A stretch of 64,000 nucleotides of DNA, from the IMG/VR virus record IMGVR_UViG_3300030107_004423, positions 1 through 64,000 of that record; one strand, 5' to 3'. Shown here in pieces: positions 29,260 through 40,100 of this stretch; positions within the stretch are counted from its first letter, which is position 1, and each line of letters begins with the position of its first letter. The stretch is from a virus. Below the pieces are notes generated by a model, which worked only from the letters and a program-made list of their open reading frames with translations, was not told where the DNA came from and made no database searches. The translations under genes were made by a program, and so were the position numbers.

Positions 29260-30819
29260 TTAAGTCCAGATAGAATGAGTCTCAGGACAGCACCATTCCA
29301 TTCCAGCTTCAGTTAAGATTTGATCTACTCTACGATCGACCCCAGAGTTCTCTAATGTTTGAACTCCTACGTAGACTGATGTATCTCTATTAAGACCGTT
29401 ACCAACTAATGGTCTGTATGCACAATATTTCATATTAATACCAAGCATTTTAACTTGAGTACCATCTAAATGAACATTACGTGCAACATTAATATCTCCA
29501 TATACAGTTGATATAGTAGTAACATCAATACCGAATACTTTTTTCTTATTAGCTATTGAAAAATCAGCTCTATAGTTAGAAGAAAGCTCTAGATTATTTC
29601 TAAAGTATCCAGATAATTTATGCATCCAATTAAATACTTCTGTAGAACAGAAGAAGATAGTTGAAGAAGCATTATTATATCTAGGATCTAACATTGCTGA
29701 AAGATCATCTAAGAAATCATCTTGAGTTTTAGTTGCTATTGCAAGGCTAAAAGTATTACCATATGTTGAAATATAGTTTACAGCACCTTCAGTAGTATTA
29801 TATGTACTATTTTGACTACCAAAAAGCATTGCATTTTCAATATCCCATTTATGTTCAATCAGCTTTTCTTTCCAGATACGTGCCCACTCATTACCTTCAT
29901 ACTTAAGAACTGTAGCTCTATCAGTATTGTTCATCACACATGATGTTTTGAAGATTTGAGTTTGGCCTGTAGCTGTTACATAAGGCTGATCTTGCCATGT
30001 TTCGGGATATCCACTACCAGCTGCAAAAGCACTACCAACAACATATGATTTAAAGCCTTCCATATATTCAGTACTCTTAGCTACTGTAGTAACACTAGCA
30101 TCTGCACCCAATCCAGCGCCAGTAGGACTATCTGCTGAAGTATCATCAGTAGTACCTGCTGCAGATGTAAATACTATACTTGAAGCACCCTTAACACAAG
30201 TAACATTTAATATAGCTTTATTAATTACACTTGAATTTGCTGTTGCAGAATCAGGATGAGAATCCAAATCAACTGAATTTACTTTCCATAAAGTGTATCC
30301 TGAAACAGTACCAGCTGTTGAATTTCCTGTGCTAGAAGCATGAGGAACTTTGATTATTTGACCAGGAATAAAGAACAATGGTTGTGTACCTTTAGCTCCT
30401 TCATGATAATCAACTGTTTTTCCATATATATTACCTTGATTACCGTTATTATTATAATCAGTAAAAAAGCTCATAGTATATACATTACCTTCAGCTGGAG
30501 ATAATGCTCCATTATTAGCTGATGTTGTAGGTATAGCTGCTGATGTTGTACTTAAATCAGCTAAATAGCCATACCTTTTAGTGTATGAAGATCTCTTCTC
30601 TGTAAATTTAAAAGAAGGATCATCAGTAGGCTTCTTAGAAACCTTACTCAAGAAACGGAAAAACGGATCTTGCGCTAAAGAAAGTTCTGATACCATATCA
30701 CCGAAGTTATACTTTCTTCGTAAAGCACCAGTACTTAAACTAGTAGCGGATCCAGTTCTGCCGTCATTATAAGTACCAGAAGTATAATTACTTCCAGTTA
30801 CGTTTAGAATGTCAGACAT
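29260..30819 (-). CDS. Major capsid protein (DUF5309/SU10-like HK97 fold)
   Basis: TQIFKT, EHKWDIENAMLFG, TVYGDINV motifs; follows portal and scaffold. Confidence 0.85.
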   Translation of the reverse strand: MSDILNVTGSNYTSGTYNDGRTGSATSLSTGALRRKYNFGDMVSELSLAQDPFFRFLSKVSKKPTDDPSFKFTEKRSSYTKRYGYLADLSTTSAAIPTTSANNGALSPAEGNVYTMSFFTDYNNNGNQGNIYGKTVDYHEGAKGTQPLFFIPGQIIKVPHASSTGNSTAGTVSGYTLWKVNSVDLDSHPDSATANSSVINKAILNVTCVKGASSIVFTSAAGTTDDTSADSPTGAGLGADASVTTVAKSTEYMEGFKSYVVGSAFAAGSGYPETWQDQPYVTATGQTQIFKTSCVMNNTDRATVLKYEGNEWARIWKEKLIEHKWDIENAMLFGSQNSTYNTTEGAVNYISTYGNTFSLAIATKTQDDFLDDLSAMLDPRYNNASSTIFFCSTEVFNWMHKLSGYFRNNLELSSNYRADFSIANKKKVFGIDVTTISTVYGDINVARNVHLDGTQVKMLGINMKYCAYRPLVGNGLNRDTSVYVGVQTLENSGVDRRVDQILTEAGMEWCCPETHSIWT

Positions 30820-30821
30820 TT

Positions 30822-30852
30822 GTCTATCTCCTTTGTTAAGTTCGAGATAGAC
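30822..30852 (-). promoter_or_regulatory. Hairpin overlapping the MCP ribosome-binding site
   Basis: gtctatctc/gagatagac perfect 9-bp stem that includes part of AAGGAG. Confidence 0.6.
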
Positions 30853-30869
30853 TTAATTATTATATAAGC

Positions 30870-31796
30870 CTACCCAAACAAGTTATCAACTTTATTATCA
30901 AAGCCTAAGATATTATCAAAGACATCTCTGTCTACTGATTGATCTTTACTACCTTGATTATTTGCTCCTGATGCGGTTGTAGGCATATTTCTAACATTTT
31001 GCATTTGATTTAACATATCTTGCTTAGTAGCATTTGCTACATTAGCATTTGTCTTGTCTTTATTTAATAAATAATGTATATCATCTAAAGTCATAGTATG
31101 TTTTTTTGCATCTTCTTTAAACTGTGCAAATTGTTCATCAGACATATTATTCTTTTGCTTAAATTCTTGCTCTTGTTGAACTTTTATTCTTTGTTGTCCA
31201 GCTTGTACAGCTTTTGTTTGTTCAGTTTTGATCATTTGCTGAACTCTGTTTTGAACCATACCGTCAACATGGGCATTCATAAGCTTAGCACTGTCTGAAT
31301 CTGGATTTGACATAGCTTCTTGTGCATCAAATACAAAATCCTCTTCGAGATCTAATTTTTGTTGTATAGTTTGAGAAGGCTTACCTCCACTAACTAAATA
31401 ATCTCTAACATGCTCTACTAAACCACCATCTTTTTTCATAGCTTCAAGAACAGGTACGAAAGCTTCTACTTCCTTATACTGATCTCTCCACTTAACAGCT
31501 TCTCTGCTACTATCTTTGTAGCGTGTTTCCCAGTCTGTGCTGTTATCAGGCTGAGCACTTTCCACATTATCGGAGCCAACTTGTTGATTATCGTAGGTTA
31601 CCTGTGCGGGGCTACTATCTTGTTGGGTTGCCTCAGTGTTGTCTATAATGCCGCCATTAACGACATTTTCTAGTTCATTAAAGAAATCGCTGGAGCCTGA
31701 AGTAGATTCTGGTACTGCTGATTCTGCTTGTTCAAATGAATCAGCTTGCATTCCTATTTCAGGGTTACCTTGACTTTCTTGTTGGTTGTCTATCAT
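30870..31796 (-). CDS. Scaffolding protein
   Basis: Acidic N-terminus; WETRYKDSSREA coiled coil; between portal and MCP. Confidence 0.75.
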   Translation of the reverse strand: MIDNQQESQGNPEIGMQADSFEQAESAVPESTSGSSDFFNELENVVNGGIIDNTEATQQDSSPAQVTYDNQQVGSDNVESAQPDNSTDWETRYKDSSREAVKWRDQYKEVEAFVPVLEAMKKDGGLVEHVRDYLVSGGKPSQTIQQKLDLEEDFVFDAQEAMSNPDSDSAKLMNAHVDGMVQNRVQQMIKTEQTKAVQAGQQRIKVQQEQEFKQKNNMSDEQFAQFKEDAKKHTMTLDDIHYLLNKDKTNANVANATKQDMLNQMQNVRNMPTTASGANNQGSKDQSVDRDVFDNILGFDNKVDNLFG

Positions 31797-31831
31797 TTAT
31801 TCTCCTTTTGGATAAATTAAACCATTGTAGT

Positions 31832-34135
31832 TTAATCATTCTTTTTGCTATTTTGCAAATTGTTTTTCATATTCTGTAATATATCGCCTTGTCTTGCTTT
31901 ATTTAACTCGGCATTATTGCTCATTACATTCTGCAGAAGTTTTTGTTTTGCTTCTGTTTCTGTGAATTGCTTGCCCATTTGAGATTTAACTTCTTCTTTC
32001 TTTTTATTTATCTCAACATCGGCTTGCATTACTTTTTGTTTGATACCAGCTTGTACCAACTGCCTTTCAAGCGTCTCAATAGTGCCATCTTTGTCTTTAA
32101 CAGCTTCGGATAATTGTTGTATCTGTCCTTGAAGTTGCGCATATAATGATTTCCTTTTTACTATATTTTCTTTGTTTTTAATATCAGTTTCAGCTAATAC
32201 AGCAATATCATCAACAACTCCAAGTTGCATTAATTGCTTTAGCTCTTCTAAATAAGCCCATCTATTAACAGGCATAGTAGAACCTGATACTATTCTTATA
32301 TCAAATTTCTGAGCACTGATATCCATAGATTTTCCTATAGCTTCTCCCATATCATTATATATTGGAATATTAATTTCTTGATTCTTTCCTTCTTGTATTG
32401 CAGAAGGTTGTATTATTCTAAATCTTTTATTTGCAGTATAAACAGATTGACACATCTGGACAACTATATCACCTAATTGTTTTAATGCAGGTTCAATAGA
32501 TGTATGCATCCATTGTTTAATCCTTCTTGTTCCGTATTCATCTAAAGCTAACATACCTCTATATGTTTCACTAGCTCCTCCAGAATCTCCCATCATAGAG
32601 CTATATATACCTGCTAAATATTCCATATCACCTTTACCTTCTTGTACTATTTGAAAGAAAGCATTTGCTAATGGTGCAGGCATAACAGGTGTTGGTTTTT
32701 CTACTCCTGGCCTAATAGGTAACAAAGCTCCTGGACTTGCAGAATATTTTTCCCATATATCTGCATCTAAAGAACCTTCTTCATACATCCATCTTAATGA
32801 TGATCCTAATGAGGCATTATGAACCATTATTTGATGAGCCTTATTAATTTCTTGTTGCTTTCCTATCAAAGGAGCTACAGCACTTATAGGAAATGGTGTC
32901 CCTGTCCATTTAAAATGGAATGGAACTATAGGATATTCTTTAATAGTATCAGGTAAAATATATTCATATAACAATTTGTCACTAGCTGTACAAGTTTGCT
33001 TTATTCTAGTATCATAAAATTGAATAGTATCTACTATATTTTCTGCTATAGTAGGGTCTTTTAATAGTATTTTATATTCTTTTTCACTTATAATCTGATT
33101 TTCTATTTTAGATGCTTCTGCTTGCAATTTACTCATACATTCTTTTTGAAATGCTTGTATTTGATCCTGCATAAGTTTTTTAGCTTTTTCCATTTCTAAA
33201 TTGTATCTTTCAGGAAGCATTTGACCAGACTGAACTGCTTGTTCCATTTTAGCTTGTTGTTCCATTAATTGAACTTGCATTTCATTGGCCATTTCTTTGA
33301 CCATAACCTCACATTGTTGCTTTATAGCTTCTAACTCTTGTTTATTAGGTGGTATTCTATAAAATAAATTTATATAGGATATCTTGACTTTCTCATATGT
33401 TTCAAAAAATTCTACAAGTTGTTCCATCTCACCATCAGAAGTTATACCAAATGAATTTTGCTCATTATGATCATTATGCATAAATAATTTTTGATCATCA
33501 TCTCCCAAAGGTCTTTCTGTATAAGTATTATTATTATCTTCAGCAGATGCTTGTAATATTTTTCTTTTTGATCCTGGAAATAGTTTTATTAAATGAGATT
33601 TAGGCAATACTTTTCTTATCATAATAAAAGAAGCATCTTTAAATAGCATATCTCTAGACTTAGGATCTACAAATAAATCAAATGGCTCTGGTTGTTGTAT
33701 GATTACTTCTCCCATTCCATTATCTGCATCTTTATCTACAGATACTAACATATAGCCTACACCTTTTGTAATACTATCATTTATGGCATTGTTATAAAGT
33801 GTCCCTCCATTAGAATAATCCCATACATAATCAGTTAAATCAGAAACGACAGAAGCAACATCAGTATCGCTCCCTTCAGTTCCTATAGCTTGCCATCTAG
33901 GATTATTATCAGTAGCATAAAAATTTAACATTTCAACTACAGGTAATATCCTATTAATAGTAAATGTAGGCATACCTTGTTCTTCTAATAACTCTTTTTC
34001 ATTATGAGTTAATTGTTCATCATGAGCAAATTCATAACCTTTTTGGTTAATATTCTCCCATTGTTTTCTAGTAAAGTTATTAGCTAGATTATATAAAGAC
34101 CTTATTTCACCTACTCTTTTATTTTGCTTTGCCAT
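31832..34135 (-). CDS. Portal protein (P22-like)
   Basis: PTFTINRILP, FDLFVDP, YPIVPF, QQEINK motifs; C-terminal coiled-coil barrel. Confidence 0.9.
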   Translation of the reverse strand: MAKQNKRVGEIRSLYNLANNFTRKQWENINQKGYEFAHDEQLTHNEKELLEEQGMPTFTINRILPVVEMLNFYATDNNPRWQAIGTEGSDTDVASVVSDLTDYVWDYSNGGTLYNNAINDSITKGVGYMLVSVDKDADNGMGEVIIQQPEPFDLFVDPKSRDMLFKDASFIMIRKVLPKSHLIKLFPGSKRKILQASAEDNNNTYTERPLGDDDQKLFMHNDHNEQNSFGITSDGEMEQLVEFFETYEKVKISYINLFYRIPPNKQELEAIKQQCEVMVKEMANEMQVQLMEQQAKMEQAVQSGQMLPERYNLEMEKAKKLMQDQIQAFQKECMSKLQAEASKIENQIISEKEYKILLKDPTIAENIVDTIQFYDTRIKQTCTASDKLLYEYILPDTIKEYPIVPFHFKWTGTPFPISAVAPLIGKQQEINKAHQIMVHNASLGSSLRWMYEEGSLDADIWEKYSASPGALLPIRPGVEKPTPVMPAPLANAFFQIVQEGKGDMEYLAGIYSSMMGDSGGASETYRGMLALDEYGTRRIKQWMHTSIEPALKQLGDIVVQMCQSVYTANKRFRIIQPSAIQEGKNQEINIPIYNDMGEAIGKSMDISAQKFDIRIVSGSTMPVNRWAYLEELKQLMQLGVVDDIAVLAETDIKNKENIVKRKSLYAQLQGQIQQLSEAVKDKDGTIETLERQLVQAGIKQKVMQADVEINKKKEEVKSQMGKQFTETEAKQKLLQNVMSNNAELNKARQGDILQNMKNNLQNSKKND

Positions 34136-34395
34136 GTGTTATCCTTTTTAAAGTTCCAATAAACGTAGTGATTACATATAGTATCGCTATCGCATATAAA
34201 TTCAATATTGTGTGCATAATGCACATGATCAGCACTGCAATAATCAGGACAAAAGTAGGAGCTGCTCCAAGGATGTACAACAGTGACCATTTCACCAAGC
34301 CTATTGTTTCCTTTAAAAGGCTTATCCTTGATTTTATGCTGAACATATCCTGCCACATATGCTAAAACTCCTAATATTACAAATTGCTTAATCAC
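34111..34395 (-). CDS. Membrane-anchored Cys/His-rich protein after the endolysin
   Basis: GTG overlaps the endolysin stop; N-terminal TM; CPDYCSADHVH. Confidence 0.5.
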   Translation of the reverse strand: MIKQFVILGVLAYVAGYVQHKIKDKPFKGNNRLGEMVTVVHPWSSSYFCPDYCSADHVHYAHNIEFICDSDTICNHYVYWNFKKDNTWQSKIKE

Positions 34396-34780
34396 GTATT
34401 TCGAAATGTGGAAAGTCATCAAACTTATTATCCTGCACTTCAAAATCTTGGTCCCAATCTCCACCCCAGCGAAGATTTACACCCATACTTTTTCCTATTC
34501 CAATGACAAAGCCCGCAAAAAGAGTTTGACGCTCCCTGTCAGCCCAATCAACAGGATAAGGAGTAATGTCCACAGCCCTAGATGGATCAGCATTATGGCG
34601 ACCATTTGGGTACTTGACTTTAGTCTTACCTTCTTCAAATAATTTATCTTGTCTTTCTTGGCTTCTATGCCCTTCGAGTACTGAGCAATCCACGTGTTTA
34701 ATAACTTCATTCATTACATCCTGTAATTTTTGGTCGCATGTTGCTAACCTTTCTTTTGATCTTTTTCCAAATTTAGGCAT
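34388..34780 (-). CDS. Endolysin, M15-family L-Ala-D-Glu peptidase (T5-lys-like)
   Basis: EGHRSQERQ, RHN, AVD, WGGDW and DFPHFE motifs. Confidence 0.9.
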   Translation of the reverse strand: MPKFGKRSKERLATCDQKLQDVMNEVIKHVDCSVLEGHRSQERQDKLFEEGKTKVKYPNGRHNADPSRAVDITPYPVDWADRERQTLFAGFVIGIGKSMGVNLRWGGDWDQDFEVQDNKFDDFPHFEIRD

Positions 34781-34863
34781 TAATACCCTCCATATTTCCT
34801 AGTTCTTTTACTTGTTGTTGTCTTTTTTTTCTTTGGTTTCGATGCCTTTCTTTTGTAAGCCAT
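34780..34863 (-). CDS. Tiny highly basic peptide (27 aa)
   Basis: MAYKRKASKPKKKKTTTSKRTRKYGGY; aggag SD. Confidence 0.5.
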   Translation of the reverse strand: MAYKRKASKPKKKKTTTSKRTRKYGGY

Positions 34864-34932
34864 TGAATATTCTCCTATAGTTTTCTTCAAAATCTTTTGA
34901 CCATTTTACTCTATACTTATCACCTTTACCAT

Positions 34933-35088
34933 TCATATTTTGTCTATAACCTTTTTCATTATTATTTTACCTACCCATAATATAGCTATAACTCCTACCA
35001 CAGTTACAACATCTAATGTATGATTCCCGCTATCACTTTTTATAGATCCTACTGGAGTTTCTATACTGAATTGTCTTTCCTCTGTCAT
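34933..35088 (-). CDS. Small single-TM protein (51 aa), holin candidate
   Basis: ATGA overlap with the terL stop; VVTVVGVIAILWVGKII. Confidence 0.55.
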   Translation of the reverse strand: MTEERQFSIETPVGSIKSDSGNHTLDVVTVVGVIAILWVGKIIMKKVIDKI

Positions 35089-36638
35089 GCTGTAACCCAG
35101 CTTCTTGCTTTTGGTTTTTTCTTATACCAACCTTCCTTAGACTCTTTATAATCTTGTGGAGGATGCGCATACTTACACGCATAGGCCAAAGCGTCAATCG
35201 TATCGTCATGTGCCATCCTCGGACCAAAAGTAATAATTTCCCTATGTAAATCATACTGAGACTTTTTAATATGAACTTGCCCCACTGCAAACCTTTGTGC
35301 AAGTATTTCTTGAATCCTGTCCCGCTTTGACATACGAGTTCCAGGCTTTTCTTCTTTAAACGGTATAATAAATTCATTTCTCCTCCTCATTTCAGCTCTG
35401 ATAGCTTGAAAGATAGGCTTTGACATAGTTGTATCTTCAATAGTAAATAAAGTAGGATTATAAAATTTAGCATATTCAAATATATAATCAACTATTCCTT
35501 TTTTGCCAGTACCTGGTACTCCCAATACAGGTAATGTTCTATTTCTGATATAATCTAAAACATATAAATTATTGTCTGGAGTGACTGCAACAACGATGAT
35601 AACACTGAAATCCGAATTACGCCTTGCTGAATCAGTTGCTGGATCAACACCAACAAATATATTACATGGTTTTGCATCATCCCCATCTGGTATAATAAAT
35701 TTAAGCCCACTTTCATCCTCCTGAATAAATTGTCCGTCCCAATATTTAATATGATCTCTTGTGAAAATAGAATCTTCTTCACTTTGGACTTCCATCATAT
35801 ATTCTTGATAAAACTTTTGAGGCTGACCAGAGTCTTGGTAAAATTTCTTTTTTCTCTCCATTTCTTCATGACCAAACCAAGAAGGCCAAAGAGGTGTTCC
35901 ATCATCTTGTAAAGCTTTATATGTTATAACTTTCCAAGCAAAATCCTCTTTTTCTTTCTTAGCTTTTTCATGACCTATTAAAATCTTTTGTATAAAAGCA
36001 TCAAAATGCACAGGAGTTCCATTTATACGCAATCTCCCTGTTTTAGGTTCAAGTGCGGGGAATACCACAGCTGTAACAAGATTGCTTATTTTAGACCTTG
36101 ATTCTGGCGTAATTGTATTATTTTCATCTTCAAAGTCATCAAGTATAATAAGATCATATCTTTTATGTAGCTTAGCCCCGCCACGAATACCTGATAAATT
36201 AGATTTACTAATAAGCTTACAGTTATTCTTAAGTTCGATATCATCTTCTGTCCATTTCCTGCCTTTTAAATTTCCAAAATAATATTTTATTTTATCATTA
36301 TATTCCAAATGATATTTGATATAATCTAGGTTGGGGACTGATATTTTAGAACTAGCAGCCACCCAACCATAGAATAAGGGTTCTTGTGTAAAGCAAAAGT
36401 CTTGCATTATATTACACTTAGTTAATACTGTTTTGCCGTGTCCTCTTGGCAATATAACAGCTAACTGTCTAACACTAGTATCAGATAAAGAATCAGCTAC
36501 TTCATAATGAAAGAATGGACTTTCAGATCTCATAAAATCTTCAGGTAAAAATAATTTACCAAAAGCTATAAGATCTTTACTAGCTAGCCTTAAATCTTCT
36601 TCAGCCTTACTAACGTTATGTGTATTAATATTACTCAA
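35085..36638 (-). CDS. terL: Terminase large subunit
   Basis: Walker A LPRGHGKT; Walker B IILDDFE; nuclease GVDPA and HDDTIDALAY. Confidence 0.95.
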   Translation of the reverse strand: MSNINTHNVSKAEEDLRLASKDLIAFGKLFLPEDFMRSESPFFHYEVADSLSDTSVRQLAVILPRGHGKTVLTKCNIMQDFCFTQEPLFYGWVAASSKISVPNLDYIKYHLEYNDKIKYYFGNLKGRKWTEDDIELKNNCKLISKSNLSGIRGGAKLHKRYDLIILDDFEDENNTITPESRSKISNLVTAVVFPALEPKTGRLRINGTPVHFDAFIQKILIGHEKAKKEKEDFAWKVITYKALQDDGTPLWPSWFGHEEMERKKKFYQDSGQPQKFYQEYMMEVQSEEDSIFTRDHIKYWDGQFIQEDESGLKFIIPDGDDAKPCNIFVGVDPATDSARRNSDFSVIIVVAVTPDNNLYVLDYIRNRTLPVLGVPGTGKKGIVDYIFEYAKFYNPTLFTIEDTTMSKPIFQAIRAEMRRRNEFIIPFKEEKPGTRMSKRDRIQEILAQRFAVGQVHIKKSQYDLHREIITFGPRMAHDDTIDALAYACKYAHPPQDYKESKEGWYKKKPKARSWVTA

Positions 36639-36849
36639 CTATTTCTGCTTCTTCCTCTTTTTCAGATGTTTCTTCACCAATAAGTCCTTGAAGAACTTCT
36701 ATAGCTCCTAAACATCTTTTAGCTAACTCATCTGCAGCCGCTCTATCTTGAATAGCTTTATTATATTGAGTTACTACAGATTCAAGCTCAGGCTTTAAAT
36801 CTTCTTTTTTTATAATATCTTCTACTTGTGGGTCTTGTTTTTTACTCAT
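36631..36849 (-). CDS. Small acidic protein (tail-fibre accessory-like)
   Basis: RCLGAIEVLQ helix; follows the fibre gene. Confidence 0.55.
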   Translation of the reverse strand: MSKKQDPQVEDIIKKEDLKPELESVVTQYNKAIQDRAAADELAKRCLGAIEVLQGLIGEETSEKEEEAEIVE

Positions 36850-37109
36850 AGTGCTTTTATATCCTTTATTATTTCTGTTAATGCATCTTTTTTTGTTGTT
36901 AATTCAGAAATTTCAGCTTCAATACTTGCTTTATCTGATTCATAATGATGAAGCTCTACTTCAGACTTATTATCAGCTAAAGCAGTGCCTGTTTCACTAT
37001 CCCATCTTTTTTGTGTTAGATAGTAACGAGTAATTCCATCACTATCATCAGCTTTACTAAAACTTACTGCTGATTTACTTTTTAAACTTACATAGTTTTT
37101 TATATTCAT
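36846..37109 (-). CDS. Hypothetical protein after the tail fibre
   Basis: ATGA coupling; C-terminal coiled coil. Confidence 0.6.
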   Translation of the reverse strand: MNIKNYVSLKSKSAVSFSKADDSDGITRYYLTQKRWDSETGTALADNKSEVELHHYESDKASIEAEISELTTKKDALTEIIKDIKAL

Positions 37110-40100
37110 TTCAATCTCCTTTTTAATTCATTAACTTCTTTAGATAATTCTTGCACTGCTTTAATAAGAGGCACAACTAATGCTGAATATTGTATTCCTT
37201 GTTTTCCATTTGCATCTTCTGACCAACCACTAAAACTTGTACCACTTTTTTCTATTGTTTCTTTTACTTCTTGTGCAATTAATCCGTCCCAAACCTTTTC
37301 ATCATCAAACTCATCTCTAACACCATCTTCATATCTTTTTTCTCGTATCTCTTTATCCCAATCGGCAGGGTGTAATTTTTTATATTTTCTTGGCTTTAAA
37401 TCATTTATAAAATCTAATCCTAATGTATTATTTTCTATATCTTTTTTAATTCTTTTATCTGAATCTATAGTCCAATCTACTTGGATATTAGCATTAGCAA
37501 TAGAAGCATTACCTATTTTAACACTATTTAATGCTGTTGTTGTTGCTTGATAGCCTATACAAATTTGATTATCAGCATCTGCATCAAAAGCTACATCTGA
37601 ACCAACACCTGTATTATTTGCACCTGTAGTAATTCCATCACCTGCTTGATATCCTACCATCGTATTTTCATTGCCTGTAGTTAATGTATCTAATGCTTCA
37701 TCACCTATTCCAACATTTTTATCACCTGATAAATTCATATATCCTGCTTTAGTACCAATTAAAACATTTTGATTAGCAGTACAATGTCCTGCATCAGCAC
37801 CTACATTGCCTGACATAGCGTTCCAACCTAATATTACATTTTCATAACCTGTATTACTATCTGCATCATCACTTTCACCATTTCTAAAAGCTGAAGAACC
37901 TATTGCTATATTTCTACCTGCACCACTTGCTCCTGTTGATTTGTATCTTCCTGCTTGATAGCCAATATATACATTATCATTTGATGTAGTGTTTTCATAT
38001 CCTGCTGTATATCCTAAAAAGAAATTATATTGCCCTGTTGTATTTTTATAACCTGCATCAGAACCTATACCTGTATTAAAACTTGCTGTAGATGTGTACA
38101 ATGCTCTGCGACCCATTGCTACATTGTAGCCACCTGTTACATTAGTACTTAACGATTTTGGACCAACTGCTGTATTGTAATTTCCTGTAGTGATATTTTG
38201 CCCTGCCTCATCTCCTACTAATGTATTACCTACACCATATGTTAAATCAACACCTGCATTATATCCGATTGCTACTTGTCTATCTGTTTCGCTTAATGTA
38301 GCATTTACTACTACTACTGCTGTATTTGATGTACCTGCGTGTGGGTCTGTAAATGTTAATTCATCATCTGATTTATATCCGTACCCTGCTGTATTAACTG
38401 TAAATGTAGGATTTCCTGAACCATCAGTTTCTATATCAAATGTTGCTCCTGTTCCATTTACCGAATCATCACTTGTTGCTGGTATATTTGTATGTGATTG
38501 ACCTGGTTCCCAAGCATCTGATGGTGTTGGAGTGGTATCATCTACTGTACTTATTCCACCACTTACTCTTAAATTTTTAAATGCTCCTACTCCTATAGCA
38601 ACACAACCTGTTTGACCACTATAAGAACCCATAGCATTACCTATAGCTACTACATTACTTGCATTAAATACATTACTACCAGCACCACTACCAATCATGG
38701 TATTTAAATTACCTAATACATTTCCACCTGCACCTGCACCTATTAAAGTATTTTGTTTAGCAGTAGTCATATCAGTACCTGCATAAGCACCAATTACAGT
38801 ATTGTTGTATGATGATGCTGATGTTCCAAGTATTAATGTATCTGAAGAAGCTATATAATTACTTAAACTATATAATGCTCTATATCCAATAGCAATATTT
38901 CTTTCACCTGAATATGCAGCCATTCCACCACCATCACCATAACCTCTTAATCTATTAGCACCCTTACCTGCACCAAGCGTTTCGTAACCTAATGCAATGT
39001 TATTATTAGCAGTTGTTACATATTTACCTGCTGATTGACCAAGAAAAAATGAAAATTGCGTAGACGTAGCACTTTCACCTGCACTATTACCTATACATAC
39101 ATTATACCCACTTCCATCATAATTTTGAAGTTTTAATGAGTTTTTTCCAATCGCTATATTATCACTACCTGTATCTTCTGTCTTTAGTGCTTCATATCCT
39201 ATAGCAATATTATTTGAACCTGTTAAATTTTTACTTAATGTACTACTTCCAATCCCTATATTTTTTTCTGCTGTAAAATTAACAGCCGATTCAGAACCTG
39301 TAGCAAAATTATCTCCCATTGATTTGTAACCAAAAGCAATATTATCTGATGCGCTTAATGTAGCTGAAGCATAATTAGTAGCTTCGTGATAAGTTCCATT
39401 GACAAAAGCATAAGCACCCATAGCAATATTATAATTACCTGTCTTGTGATTTTGACCTGCAAAAGTACCACAATAAAAATTATCTGCACCTGTTGTTGTG
39501 CTTCTACCTGCTTGGCTACCAAGCGCTGTATTTCTATTCCCTGTAGTTAAATCATTTAAAGCATAATTACCTATAGCAGTGCAATTCATATAATTAGAAG
39601 CAGTTGTTCCATATAATGAACCGTGTCCTATACTTATATTTCCTCTATTACTTGAGCCTGTATTATCTCCTAAAGTGCCATAATTATATCCTGCACTATT
39701 GCCTATATGTATATAATCTGCTGAATAGTTACCATATGCAGTTTGCCAACCTACTGCTACAGTTCCACGAGCATTTAAAGCATTCCTACCTGCTTCATAT
39801 CCTAATGCTGTCGATTTAAAAGGCACTCCATCTCCTTTTGTGTTGCTATGCCCTTTTAATGAATAATAGCCTACTGCTGTATTACTATGCCCTGTTGTTG
39901 TAGTGTCGCCTGAATATGCTCCTATATATGTATTTCCATCTGCTGTTGTTATTTCTTCACCTGAATATGCCCCTAAAAATACATTTTTTTCCCCTGTAGA
40001 TAAAGAAGTCCCTGAATAAGAACCAACAGCAACATTTTTATCTGCTGTAAATGCTGTAGATGTTCCAACATTATCAGAATGTCCTAAACTTTTATATCCA

